From Takakia lepidozioides (lineage: Eukaryota > Plantae > Bryophyta), in the NCBI GenBank assembly GCA_030704615.1, contig CM060733.1:16244001-16308000 (forward strand): DNA of 64,000 nt, in the 5' to 3' direction. Shown piece by piece: positions 12,688-25,920 of this stretch; position 1 is the first letter of the stretch, and every line of letters begins with the position of its first letter. The notes under the pieces were generated by a model. It was not told the origin of the DNA. It was given only the letters and a program-made list of their open reading frames with translations, and searched no databases. A program made the position numbers and the translations under genes.

Positions 12688-14638
12688 AGGACAGCGGGTG
12701 ATTGTGGGTAAAAGATCCCGACTGCCACAGTGCGCTTCCTGCAAGTTTCCCAGCAACTTAAGTATTCCTGCTCTTGTTGGAAACAAAGTAGATAACACAG
12801 AAATGATATAATATCCCAGCGAATGACACGGTAGGGGAGCAGACAACTTCCCGTGTTTGTACGCAGAGTAAACGCGGTTGATTCGCTTGGTCGCAGTCAA
12901 CTGCGGGGCCCACTTACAGACCGCGGACACGTTGTGGGCCCTAAAAAGGCGCCTAGCTATTTTCTATGTGGAAACCTTCTCAGACGGGAAGTTTTCATCC
13001 TGATACGAGAGGCACCTTAAGAAAATTGGAACTCGATGATTTTTGGTTTTTTTTCCCCTTAAAACCCAACTCACCATGCCATTAATGGCGCTTGTATGAA
13101 CTAGTAATGTCGGTATCTTCAAATATTACCGATAGGATCAGCCCTTCAGTTTTTTTTCGATTTCTGTTGACAGTCGATAGGTGGGCCAAGAACTAATTTA
13201 GAATGAACAAATCAACATTGTTTGGAATAGCTCAGAGACTCAGACCATTGATTATCATGCAAGACACTAAAATCGCATGTTGAGATTTGAGTTGCATGTT
13301 CAGTTTATAAATTAGCTCAAGGAGCAAATCTGTTGATATATATGTAGTGAATTGTTTGTTGTCGGCTGTGTATTGCTCCATAGATTTATACATGCTATGA
13401 ATGTTGTATATGAAGATGTCATTCAGTGGCATTTGCAGGTGATTATTACTATTTCAAACTGGTGGCTACAATAGAGAGAAGACTCCGGCCAAAGCCGACT
13501 TAACTAAGAGCTATTTCACCTTGCCCCTTTTGGGGGGGGGGGTGCTTCGCGTGAGCGTGAGAGCGCGTGAGCCTAGGCGGGCTCATGCCATGTCATCAGT
13601 TATTGCCACGTTGGCTGACGGGTCTGACGCCACGTCAGCCGACTTCGCCAGCGTGCCCGACGTCACGTCATGCCACGTAATTTTCATAGGCATGGCCCTA
13701 TAACCGCGGACCGAACAGGCAAATGGGGGCCTATAGCCGTGGATTGCGCATTTGGCAGACAGGGAACCATGTGTGGGCGATGAGGCGAGGTGCAGAAGAA
13801 AGTTTAGGGTTTGTTGGTGAATGTTGCAGAATGATAATGTTTGTAGAGACTGAAATGGTTGTGGATGTATTAATGTCCAGGTCATTAGTCTACAATGGTC
13901 CTCAGATGATTTAATGCCATGCTAATGTGGTATTTTACGTTGTTTGTCATCAGTGTAGAATGGTTGTGGATGAGTTAATGAGGATGAAGCAGAGCCAATG
14001 TGGATGGGACACTGCTAGTATGGATGAATGAGGATGAATAGTTGTGGACAAATATGGATGAAATATCGTGAATGGATGATAGAGTGGATGAATGTTGAGC
14101 GAGGATGTCATTCTAACATTTATGAAAACCAAGCACAACGATCAATGTCGTTTGCACAAACATTAGAAATTGTGCCTAAAATCCGTCCTGAAGCACTTGA
14201 TAAGATTTAGTGAATGTCTGGCATTTGGGGAAAGGTAGACAGATGACAACAATGTAGAATAAGACAACAGAACAGATGTGAGAGTGATCTTTCATTCTGC
14301 GACTTGTCCGAGTGCTTACTGCAACATTCTGGTGTGCAGCACGCTCCTCTTTAGTTATCCTCTTCAGTGTCGACACATTGCGAGCCATTTCAGCACTATA
14401 CTTCCTGCAACGCACCACCTGACCACGGTAAACATGGTGTGGACTCCAATGCGTATTGCGGTCCCTGCCAGTGAGGTAGAAATGTGCACTTGTATGTTAC
14501 GAGTACTGCAATTTTCATGGTTTTTCATCAGGACCATTATACAACAACATTCAAAATGAATTTGGCTCTCGTTTGTGCATGAGGAGGAATTCCGGGTCTT
14601 ACAACATTGTGTAACAGAAATTGACAAAACGTCTGCAT

Positions 14639-14960
14639 TGTCTTCTTGTTTGACCCATAACCAATATTATGCATGAGGATGTTGTCCTTGAACTTGCGCT
14701 AAAACCGAGAGTCCACCAATCATCCCCTAGGTGCCTTGTCTTCTTGTTTGACCCATAACCAATGTTATGCATGAGGATCCCGCCTTTGAACTTGCGCTGA
14801 AACCGAGAGCCCATACACCATCCACTAGGTGCCTTGTCTTCTTGTTTGACCCATAACCAATGTTAGGCATCAGGAGGCTGCCTTAGAACTTGCGTTTGAC
14901 CCGAGAATCAATACATACATCATCCCCTAGGTGCCTTGTCTTCTTGTTTGACCCATGACC
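14639..14960. repeat. ~98-bp minisatellite, 3 full units plus partial
   Basis: Recurrent tgtcttcttgtttgacccataaccaat...gaacttgcg...ctaggtgcct. Confidence 0.9.
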
Positions 14961-15511
14961 AACCATTTGCTGTACATTTCAATCAAAGCCTACAAGCCAA
15001 GATATAACTATCTACTGTATGAAGTGCATAGAAGCCATTGTTGTAAATGCATACACGGCAAGAAAATGAGAAACCATCTTTTAACAACATTACAACGAAC
15101 ATGCACAAATTTTTATTACAAAGTTGTGGAGGGACACAAAATGTCTGAAACTGTGAACATCACGAGACCCCCCAAAATGATGAAATTTGCATTTCAGTCA
15201 CTAGAACTATCCCCTGAAACTTGTGCAGTATCATCGACGTAAACCCGAGCTCTGAGGTGCTTGTTGTGCTTTCGAGCACATGGGGGAGATAACATGAAAC
15301 TCTGTTGACGAGCAATGGCCTCCGCGTAGTCGGGTAGGATGTATGAACGTGGAGGGCTGCACCACAAGTCACTGTGAATAAAAGAGACGTCGACCAAAGG
15401 AATAGCTTTCAATACCCTGCCACCCAAAGAACCACAATTGCATTAGCCACCATTAATGGGAAAGGGGGGGCCGTTTCCGAGGGAGAAATCGGATGCTTAC
15501 AGAAAAACAAC

Positions 15512-18500
15512 TTACTCACATGCGAAATCGTCGTCCAAAACTTTGTCGTCCCCTTCGTTGATTTCCACATGCACTATACCCTCCTGTTGTTGGGCGGCAG
15601 GTGCCGGCGCTGGCGCTTCCAAGTTATAGAGGAGGTCATTGAAAATGTCCGCATCCCCTTCCATACCAAACAAATGCCTCCCCGCTGCCTTGCAAGCATG
15701 GTACGAAGCTCCTGCAAGACATAGTACTCTTAGGACACATATAAACAAATTTTGCACCAAGAAGAAAACACCACAGCAGGTTCGGGGTGAAACCTGTGCC
15801 AAGAGTGAGGTCCACGATACGTGCCCCCGGATGGGAACAAGTCTCCACAATTGTTTGAATAAATGCTGGGCTCTTCTCCTTGGCCCCTCTCCATGGTGTG
15901 CAGTTGGATTTTTCGCAAGCATACATTGGAATCCACGTAATTGTAGTGCATGTCGTCCACCACTGGATCAAACTTATCGTTGATGAAACAACCTCCCCCA
16001 TGAAGCCTGAACTCCTTCACTGCTGTGGGAGTTGAAGCAGGGTGCACTCTGACGAGGCAGACGGCCTCAAAAAAGGCGGGTCTACACACAAGACAACATG
16101 AGGCACATATTAGTGAATCCAAAAATTCATCTGGAAAGAACAGTGCTTGCAACCTCCGAAAATGAGTGCGTTGACGCACTCATTTCTGCAGGGGTGAAAT
16201 GGAACTTCAAATGAAGCAGGTAAGAGAAAGTCGATTACCATTTGTCCGGGACAGTCGCCCTTTGTCAAGTACAGGCTGTTCACACCATTCCACATTTTGA
16301 TGATTTCATCCCCGAGGCCTTGAGTAGCTTGCAAGCTCATGGCGACATTTCGTATTGACCGACTGGATCATTACAAGAACCCATGCATCCGATAAAAAAA
16401 ATTGCAAAATGAAAAGACCCACCCGCCAGTACCTCTCATCAAATGCATTCCATGTTGGGCAAGTGCCTGTGGGTAGAATGTCCGGTACTGGCAACCTATC
16501 CGGAATGTCCACAATCACCATGTCGGCACAACATGGTTTCAGGGAACCATTGACCCAACACTGCCCTTTCGAAACCTGAAAACAGACAGACGGCAAAAAA
16601 ATTAATATCCAAAGGGAAAACAGTAAATGAGACAAACAATGGGAATTGGCTTATCGAGTCAAGGAATGCACACAGCTTGCCCCAAGTTCGAGAGGGTTCT
16701 CCAGCGTAACCAGATTTTCTGCTTTCCATCATGGCAAGGAATGAATCATTGACAATCTCGCATTTACATTCTCGCTGGATTCTGGATGGGTGCTCCACTG
16801 CGTCGTATGGCTCAATCTTCCCCTTACGTTTTCGTTCCTTGTTTCCAATTGGGGTCTGCGCTACCTCACCCCCCGCAGTCTCCCTTGGGTGGCTTTCTCC
16901 TTCCCTTTGTCATTTGTACCATTTCTCTTTCCCTTCCCTCTCGCAGGAGTTTTGTTGGCTGCGGGTTCCTTCTCAGCGAGGTTTCGCAGATTCCTCTCAT
17001 GCAATTCCTTGTCAGTAAGAGGGGCCAAAGACTCTGCATTGTCGTTCTGGTTCCGTGTCTACAACTCATACCAGGGGCAATCTGATTTCGGAATGTCTAG
17101 ATACCAGCAGCAGTCTTTCAGATGATATCTCCCGTAGTCTCTGAGGATGGCTGCAATGTACATGGTCTGACTGTTAGAGGGGTCAGACCACAAGTCGATG
17201 AAGGCAGGGTACTTACTGAGGTTTTTTCCCAGAATGAGCACGTTCTTGATATACCTACAAAACAAAAGAGGTACACTTTTAGACATTGAAGGCAAAAAAG
17301 CATATACTGCAGCCCTCCAAAATGCGTGCGTCGATGCACACAGTTTGGGGTGCACAAATACTTGAGCATTAGGCAACCGAAATACACTCACTAGTACCAA
17401 TGCAAGAACATGAGAAACAAAGGGTTCCATATGCAGAAAGATATCCCTTTCTCGGCAGACAGATATTCCATTCAGAGCTGCCAACGAAACAATGAAATCC
17501 ATGATGGAGGAGAGAACACATCTGAGTTTTGGCTTTCCAAAACTGCGTGCGTTGGCGCACGCAGTTTTGCATGGCCAAAAACTGCCTGTCTACTGATTGC
17601 CAAAGATAGTTTTCAAACATAAAACAAAACTAATGAACCTGTATAGGACCCTCTTCATGGCTCCCTCCGCCCCGTACTGCTGGTCAAAGTCATTTGTGCG
17701 GGAGATTCCTCCATCTCGGGAAAACTCTCTGAAGAAGCAGTTGCTCCAAGCAGTGGCCTTCCACTGCCTCAAGTAATCCTCCAGAGTGTCCTCGGGCACG
17801 GTCATGGTAATTTTGTAGTCATAAAGCTGTTTCTCCAGCACCTGGTTTGCACGAGCTTTAATCTGCAGGTATTCATATGCATGCGTTAGAGTCCATTCAT
17901 GGGAAGATATTCTCAGAAATTTCAAGCAAAGAAAGTCCTTAAAAGTACGTGGCTCCAGTAGGTGGCTTTGTACAACCATGTATCAAGAACTTGGTCGTTG
18001 ATGTGCCCGGTGTTCTCATCTCTTTCACCCCTAGGGAAGCAGTATGTATCCTTGACAGTTGGGTCGGAATTCCAAATCTCCAACCATTTCACTTTCTGGT
18101 CAGCTTCCACAGATGCAGTTGACAACCGGTGAAGCTTTTCCTGTGTCATCTCCGGTTTGGTGTTATTGTTCCAGTGGATCCTCACCTGATTAAGAAACTC
18201 GGGACCAAAATCAGGGTCAACTATTCTCAGCTATTTCACGAAAGCGCTCATGAGCTTCTTCCGTATCTCATTCATCGTAAATTTCATGGCTTCTGCCACT
18301 CCCTTGGACGTCCTCATACCCTCCGGGTTTTTCAAATAGTGCTCCGCTTTTCCTCTCTCTCCAGCTTCAACTATTTCTGCTGCAAAACGTAATCCGGAAT
18401 GAGATCACTTGTTACTGACAATCACAACAGACAATGGAAGGCCGGAGCGATGGAATACTTACAGTGTACATGTACTCCATGAATGTTTCCCTCGTTAGAT

Positions 18501-18995
18501 TGTACCAGGTATCTGACGTTTTCGATGTCAAACATTTCTTGAATGACTCCGCACGCAGGATGCTCTTGAATGAATTGAGGGGCATCTGGCCGATATTCTG
18601 GATCCTGAATAGTGTGTGAAGAAGGTTCATTGTCACATGGGCGGTTTCAGTTCCCCTGTCACATACAATGGTGTGTCGTCAGTGAGTGCTAAAAGCGAAC
18701 AGACAGTCAAGGAAAAAATGCGGACAATAACAAGTGAAGAAGACACTTACTTGTTAACGTCATGCATTGCCGTCAACAGTGCAGTGATGTTTCCCTTGCG
18801 ATCCAGCACCATTGAGGCCACAGAATAGTGCCACTCCTCCTCGGTGCTATGATATCTCTCTCGATCATGTTCCTCCAGGCAAGCAATCGGTGGTTGCCAT
18901 CCCAGACATGAAACTTCTTGCCAGAGAAAGGTTGGGTGACGAGCCTCTTGCAAATGATAGATTCAAACTCCTCATTTATCTGTCGCCAGATAGGA
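15512..18995 (-). pseudogene. 3' part of multi-exon cargo gene: end of ParB/Srx-like domain plus C-terminal N6-adenine/N4-cytosine (beta-class-like) DNA methyltransferase domain
   Basis: FHVWDGNHRLLAW (DGNHR at 18887-18901); DMVIVDIPD at ~16498-16524; KSPAFIQTIVETCSHPGARIVDLTLGTG spliced across GT-AG intron 15712-15793 to ASYHACKAAGRHLFGMEGD. Confidence 0.7.
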
Positions 18996-19177
18996 TGTCG
19001 TGCGCATACATATCGCTACACAACTACATCGCTATCCAAAACCACACAACACATGTGCACGCCACACACACTAGTATATCACTAGTCCACCACTAGTCCA
19101 ACCACTAAGGTATAACTAGTCAGTCACTAGGCTGCCACTATGCTGTCCACTATGGCAGTCACTAGTCCACACAATCG
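18996..19177. repeat. Terminal repeat A (outer copy)
   Basis: Near-identical to 19506-19685. Confidence 0.95.
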
Positions 19178-19503
19178 ATAAAGACAGAAGAAAGAAGAGG
19201 ACATACAAGCACAAGCTCACAAGCTGAAGCATAAACTCATGCATATATAACCTCATCACTCAAATACAAGTCAAACCAAGTGCACCCCACGCCATGGAGA
19301 ATCCACACTACGGCGCCATAGCTAGGCGCGGTGAGGCTCAACTCGAGAAAGATGAGCCTCCCGCGCTTGCCGTGAAGATAACCACTCCAGGGCCTAAATC
19401 TGCCTTGACCCCTGGATTGACACTTGGGCCAATCCCAAATGTCAATATGTAAAAACTAGCTATTTTCTAGCTAGTTTCACACTAGTGGTAAAATAACTTG
19501 ACA
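19177..19503. repeat. Terminal repeat B (inner copy)
   Basis: Near-identical to 28129-28455. Confidence 0.95.
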
Positions 19504-19505
19504 GC

Positions 19506-19685
19506 TGTCGTGCGCATACATATCGCTACAACTACATCGCTGTCCAAAACCACACAACACATGTGCACGCCACACACACTAGTATATCACTAGTCCACCA
19601 CTAGTCCAACCACTAAGGTATAACTAGTTAGTCACTAGGCTGCCACTATGCTGCCCACTATGGTAGTCACTAGTCCACACAATCG
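19506..19685. repeat. Terminal repeat A (inner copy), adjoining polypurine tract AGGGGGG (minus strand, 19686-19692)
   Basis: Direct repeat of 18996-19177; adjacent cccccct on plus strand. Confidence 0.93.
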
Positions 19686-19939
19686 CCCCCCTAGCTGGTG
19701 CTTCGGTCCCTCTAAGTCCAGGTAGCCATAAGATGTGATAGTGACCATAGCCTGACTAAGTCTTCCACCACTGTCCCTACTACACTCAAACTCGATAGAT
19801 CAAGAGGCCGGGTGCGAGAGTTGCCCCAACATTAGTCGCCGTCTTGCAACCTGTGAACTTGAGCTTGGGATCTCATGTATTGACTATGAGCTTGGCCTCC
19901 CATGTCTTGTTAGTTGCCTCCAGTCATGTCCACTGCCAC

Positions 19940-20090
19940 TATCCCAAGCAGTGTGGACACAACCAATCTCCATCAGGAACCCTCTCAAGAGGTGGTGTCA
20001 AGCATCCCATATGCCAACCTTTGAGCATCGATCACACACCAGCATGGTGGCTGCCGCTTTGGCAGACCCACAGAACATGCACCTCAAACC
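19940..20090 (-). CDS. PHD finger at the integrase C-terminus (one frameshift)
   Basis: CMFCGSAKAAATMLVCDRCSK/GWHMGCLTPPLERVPDGDWLCPHC read on the minus strand (C4HC3 pattern). Confidence 0.85.
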
Positions 20091-20206
20091 TGCAGGTACC
20101 ACTGCCAACTGTTGGGTCAACTCTGCCATCGACATTGGGAAGGTGACATGGCGCACAATTACGCACATGGTCCTTCCAAGTCATGCCATCTTCAAGACAC
20201 TCCAAT

Positions 20207-21300
20207 TCAGGACATGAGCTGGACATAGTGTCCACAATTGAGTACAGTAACCAAGATCAGGACCCCTGAGGGCAACACCTCTCGAACCCTCAGAATAACA
20301 CGCCCTGCATTGACATCCATGGTCGTAGGAGCAGTCTGCTGCAAATAAACATAGTCACCAGGGCTAAACCTCCAAACCCCAGGACGATATCCTCCACCAC
20401 GTATAGTGGCATACCTCAACGTATCACGGTGCTGTGCAATGGCAAGGTTCTCAAAAGCCATGGGCATGACTTTCTTAAACAACTCTGCACGCTGATCACA
20501 TGCACGTACCCACACGTCCGGATCGTCAAGGTTAAGGACTTGAGCAGTGTCCTTACGAATGGCTGCAGGCAAATCCGGCTCTCGGCCAAAGAGAAGGAAA
20601 TATGGTGAGAAGGAGGCAAGTGATGCTTGTTTGCTGAACCTGTAGCCCATGGCTAACCAAGGAACCTGAAGATCCCAATCTCCTAGGTGTCCCTTCTGCA
20701 AGCCATACTTGCGCAAACCCCTCTTCACCGTCTGGATGACTCTCTCTGCCAAGCCATCGGCCTCAGGATGATCCCGAGAAGTGGTGCGGTGGTCTATCAA
20801 GGCTTTATCACACAAAGCCTGAAACTCCCCCAAGAACTCTCTCCCTTGGTCCATGAGTACCTCAGCTGGAGCACCAAATCGGCTAAGCACACGATCCAAG
20901 AATGCATACGCAGCCCCCTCACTAGCCTTGTCAGGCAATGGAACCAACTCAATCCACTTGGAGAAGTGCTCCACCATCACCAACACATATCTGTGGTGGC
21001 GCATAGTCAGTGGCAACGGTCCTGCGAAGTCAAGACTCCACCTGTAGCCCAATCCCATGATTGGTAAAGGATGCAACTGTGGTGTAGGGGCGTTGAATGA
21101 AGCACGCACCCTGTCACACACATGCACCTAGCCACGAACTGTTGCACCTCTGTATGCATACCACGCCACCAATACTGCCCTTGCAGTAAACTGTGAGTGC
21201 GTCGCACTCCAAAATGCCCCAACTCCTCATGGGCATGCCGCACTAACCGTGCACGCTGTGTGGGGTGAGGCACAATCCTCACCCGACCATCCTCCCACAC
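20207..21300 (-). CDS. Gypsy-type DDE integrase with HHCC zinc-binding region
   Basis: HAHEELGHFG...YWW, WSLDFAGP, VLMDQGREF, DGLAERVIQTVK. Confidence 0.93.
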
Positions 21301-22149
21301 TCAAAGTAGGTGTATCCCCTCCCACTTGAACCTCTTGGCTCGTTGCAGGATCCGATCCCTCTCCCTGGCAGTCACAGTGGCTGCCGTGTCTCCAGTGCGG
21401 AGGTAGTCCAACACAACTGAATCCTCATGTATATCTTTGGCACCACCTGGCTCATCACTAGCCTCAGGGTCCTCAGACACTCTGTCTACAGTCATCCCTG
21501 CTGGAGGTCCAACCTGACCTCCCGATGCCAAGATACACAAAAATGCAGATGCGTGCCATCCCGGCACCATCTCCTCGTCCGTCTCACCATGCCCCGAGCT
21601 CCAGTGTCATCCTGCTGGCTCGTGCATGGATTGCGACTCAATCCATCCGCATCCCTATTGACCAAACCCGGTCGATGCACAACCTGAACATGTCTCTCAT
21701 GCTCCTCCACCGTAGCACGAGAGGCAAAGCAATTCCTGTAAGCCTCAGGAACCGCCGTATACGTCGTCTCTCTTCCTCTAATGACAATAGGTCCAATGTC
21801 AAGCTCCCAATTGCCCTTTGTAACTGCAACCTTAAGTCCAGCAGACTTAGAGGTAGAGGACGCGTCCGTGGTTGCTATGCCGCAACCTCTTGAGCAGTAC
21901 TCCCTGCCTGCTCAGTCAATGACAAGGCCTCATCCTGCCCCATCATCTCATCATTGAGAACCTCCTCAACCCGAGAAGAATCCCCAACCTCATCCATCAC
22001 AGCTGCCTTGGCTGCCAACTCCCTCTGAATCTCGAGCACCTCCCACATGTGCCATGGATGTCTACACCCCGTGGTCCTCACCGGCTCGCCCCCACTCGTT
22101 GCCTGTACCGTCTCGGTAGGCAGAGAGACTGTAAAGGGAAGTGCACTCC

Positions 22150-23130
22150 GCACTCTACGTTGCTCAGCCATAGCCAAGTTGATAATCCAGGTCAAGCAAT
22201 TGAGATCCATTGCTTGCCCCAACACCTGACGACGTGATGCCTCAAAAAGAGACGGCACCGCCGTGGTACCAGTGGTAAAACCCATTGCCCACTCACGCTC
22301 GTCAGCATTAGGCTCCACTAACTGCTGCAACTGAGCATCCCACAGGAGGCCAGGTCCACTATCCTGGAAAGCATGCGATCCTGGGAAGCTGAGCAGTGTA
22401 GGTAGTGCTACTCGTGGTTAACCCACCTTGTTGACCACTGCCAAAGGCGAACGGTCATCGTGTCTCACACGTTGAGACTGCCTCCGTGTCCAAAATGCTA
22501 TCCACTGTGAGATGTGCTGGCCGCTGCACCCCATCAAATGCACGCTTGAGCAGTGCGGGTGGCATCAAGTTAGTCCACCATAGCCGTGGACGATGAGCCC
22601 GTGATCCCACTGCAGCTGCATCCAGCAGCACTCTGACCCAAGCCACGTCTGGACTTGATGCACACTGGCCATCACCCTGGCCCAAGAATCGCCCATCAGT
22701 GGCACATTCTCCAAGATGTATGCTGGCGATACAGCTTGATGAAGCTGCAAGTGGTGGCAAAATCCGCACCATCTCCCAAAAGACCCGTCCTCGAGTCTCG
22801 CAATCCATTGTCATGCCCGGCTGATGAATGCCCTTGGCAGGGCCAACCTGCCACTACCAGATCAATGGAGCCAACCTGCTCCAAATCCGGCGCCCCCAGC
22901 AAAGAAATGTCTGCTGGCAAGGCCTGCTGATATCCACGAACTGCAACACCCGGCAACAACTCAGGGTACTGCTGCACCATCTGAGCAACATGACGGAGTG
23001 AGACGCGTCGTGCAGTCTCATCCCTCTCCACATACAAGTAATGCCTTACCCGCCACCTGCCTGTAGCATAGCAGCCAATCCGGTGCTGATCCCACCAAAC
23101 AAGTCCAGAAGACAAATGCCTTCATCTGGA
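22150..23130 (-). CDS. C5 cytosine DNA methyltransferase domain inside pol (frameshifted)
   Basis: LDLFGGI (motif I), YLYVERD (II), IDLVVAGWPCQG (IV, catalytic PC), YILENV (VI), AHRPRLWWTN (VIII), EREWAMGF (IX), RRQVLGQAMD (X). Confidence 0.9.
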
Positions 23131-23559
23131 TACTGCCACACAATAGGTGTGGTGTCCAATGGAGACAACTGAGGTGGTCCTGGTGCAATCCCGCACTCTC
23201 CTCCTCTCCTGACGGTACAAAAGCCTCCACCCAGGCTTGTTGCACCCGTTGATCAGCATCCCGCTGCAAATCCTTGCTCGTGCCCCATAATGGAGTCTGA
23301 GCAACCATGGTAGGCAACTCCGCCATACCATACATGTCATCCTGCTCTCCCGGAGGTGGCACATCCTCTGAATGAGCGTTGCCCTCAAGCAACTCTCTAG
23401 GCCAACTCACTGCCGCTGTGAATGCTGCTAGTGTCGGCATCTTGCCTCGCTGGGCAACCGCAACTCCTCATATGAACGTCACAGGGAGCTGCACACGCCG
23501 GCCCTCCCCTGACTGCCATCCAGGCCTATAGGAAGCTGACTCCTCCCAAAAATCCAGGT

Positions 23560-23900
23560 GAAGCCCATGGGGTACAATACTGCCCCACCAACCAGGACAT
23601 CGTACGAGACCGCGTCTGTCACAATGGCCTTGGCTCGCATCACTGAGCCATCTATAGGATGATCCGGCTATAGTCTGATAGCCAACTCACGCCGTGTCAT
23701 GCCTCGAGCCTGCTCCAATCCTCCCAGAGACGTCTGTATCTGGTAAGGACAAGGCTCCATATCCGCCTCCGTGAGGCCCAAGCCTGCAACAGCAGCTTGC
23801 CCAGCATCAATGGCTGAGCTCCCGAGTCTAACAAGACCCGCAGTGGCCGGTACCTCTTGCCTGCCGGTCCACTCAAACAGAAAATACCATCCTGGTTGTC
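23560..23900 (-). CDS. Retropepsin-type aspartic protease
   Basis: RVLLDSGAQPLMLG; downstream YDVLVG-like motif. Confidence 0.8.
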
Positions 23901-24013
23901 TAACAAGACAACTCCGGGTGTCACCATGGCGCGCTCAATGGCTGGCCTAGCTGGCAGCTCCATCAACCTGACAGCTGCAGCTTGCCAAGGCGCCGCCGTG
24001 GCAGTCTTGACCC

Positions 24014-25920
24014 TCAAATCCGAGGATCCTCCGGTACTACACCTCCCACTATCTCCGCAGAAGATGAAGTAACCTCCACACTCTCACAGAGTGTAGCTGC
24101 CAGCCTGAACACCTCAGCTGGTCTTACCCCCGGCGTCGCAATCATGGTAGCCGAGAACAATGGAGCCTGGCACACAGATGTGGCCGCTCCCAGCAGCACA
24201 CTAGCTGCCGTAGTGTTGGCAACACTAGGTAGTGGTGCTACCCGTGTAGCTCTCCCCAATGGCATAGTAACCTCCGCCTCGGTAACAGTCGGGCGAGAAC
24301 TAGGTGCCATGGATGGCGTCGACACTGTCTCTGCCAATGTGAATGACTGAGGAAGCCTAGCCTGACGGCTTGCCTCCCCACGTTGTGGATCCAACTCCAC
24401 CTCTGCACCTCGTGGCTCAGGAACTTGTGCTGTTCCTCGAGTCACGGCTGCAGCAGACTTGACCTGCACTAGTGGTAGTGCTGCTCCACACATGAATCCC
24501 ATGTCTCTCATATCTCCTCCCTCAGGAACAGGAGGTGGACCATCCGGCCTTGGAGCCGGTACCACCTGAGCTGTAGCCATGGCAGCGAGCCTTTGCTCTA
24601 GCTGCTGAAGCCGGTTGGCCATGCCTTGGCCACCACCTTGACCTCCGCGTCCTTGGCCATGTTGAGCTTGCCCTTGGCCTGCACCTCGTGCCTGCCACCG
24701 TCCTCTCTGGGCTGCTCCACCTCGCCCCCGGCCACCATTGTTCCCTTGGAACTGGCCTGGGCAACTCAGGATGCAAACCATAACAATCTATGTGCTTGCC
24801 ACAATGCCCACACTGCAACTGTGCAGGCTGTGCATGTGCTAGCCCTTTGCCTCCTCTGGCAATCCTTCTTGACATGGGGTCCTCCACATGTCCAACACAC
24901 ACATCCGCCCGTTGTTGGCCTGCAAATGAAGGGAGAGACCCCTGCATCTGAGGTTCTCTCTGTCCTTCCCTGGGCTTCACCTAAGCCCCCTTGTTGCCTT
25001 GAGCACGTTGAGGTAGTGGTTGGCTAAGCACCACTACCCCGTGGTGTCTCCTTAGCAAATCCCACCATGACCACTCGTTCCTCCACCATGTTGAGCTCTA
25101 TCCGCTCTGCCAGCAAAAACACATTTGCTAAGGTGGGTTGGGCCGCTTGTAGGAGAGTTGCATCCCGCACCCTTCTCCTCAGCTCCTTGTCCAATATCCC
25201 ATACCAAATTGGACTGCCTGAGCTTCCGTAACCCCTTGGGTTACATTTATCAAGCGCCTCATGCGAGTGAAAGCCTCCCTCAAGCTCTCAGTCGGCTTCC
25301 GTTGGAACTCTTGCAAGCTCCGCAACTTCTCTGTCCTCACCCCTTGGTAGTTCCCTCTCAACTCTTCGAAGAACTCCACAACAGGGTTGAAGGCAGGCAC
25401 CGCCACTGGTGCTGGTGCAGGTAGCTTGGGTGGACGTCGTAGCTATGGTACACCAGTCCCACTGCTGCTGCTGAAGCTGCCGGTGCAGCGGCAGCTGTAG
25501 CCACTGCCCTCGTGGCTCTAGTGCCCCTAGTGATGGAGACATAGTCGGGTGACCAGTACATCCTCCACTCCTCGATCTCAACCTCATGCCCCCGCCCGAA
25601 CTCATGGTAATCATCCATAGGCGGCCCTCAAGGTGCTGACAACCCTTCCATGCCATGAAAGGCGTAAATAGTTGTGGATTGCGCATTTGCTGCAAATCAC
25701 ACCAACTATCAAACTCTTGGATAAAATCATCCAACTCAATGGTGCCCACCGCCCCAGAGTACCTTCGTGGCCCCTTGGTAGCTCCATACATCTCCTCCAT
25801 TGTGTCCCACAACAATGACAAGGAAACAACTTGCACCGCCGGTATGAGTCCTCCTAATTCACAATCCGAATCAGAACCTTCCGTAGAAGACACAGGAGGT
25901 GAAGGTGGCCTAAACCGCAC
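24014..25920 (-). CDS. Gag-like region (frameshifted) with zinc knuckles
   Basis: ELDDFIQEFDSWCD, FQRKPTESLREAFTRMRRL, CWTCGGPHVKKDC, GRGRGG-rich tract. Confidence 0.75.

Larger units (their letters stand above)
1..17735. repeat. Segmental/tandem duplication, copy 1 (matches 46119-64000)
   Basis: Position 1 taatatagggtcta matches 46119; window end ...aaaactctctgaaga matches 17735; same ORFs recur at ~46.1 kb offset. Confidence 0.97.

Noticed and set aside
13449-13456. ctatttca as TSD of the MULE (also at 34632-34639)
   Set aside because: Not flush with the inverted-repeat end on the left and overlaps it on the right; may be chance
14639-14960. CRISPR-like array
   Set aside because: Whole units are similar, with no unique spacers and no cas genes; ordinary minisatellite (same for 26550-26850 and 35270-36530)
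18996-19503. Simple solo LTR next to an unrelated element
   Set aside because: AGGA TSD brackets the whole 9.5 kb and host frame restoration needs all of it removed; no TSD around 18996-19503 alone
15512-23130. Bacterial contamination explaining the methyltransferases
   Set aside because: The amino-MTase has GT-AG introns, and both enzymes are embedded in eukaryotic transposons contiguous with plant genes
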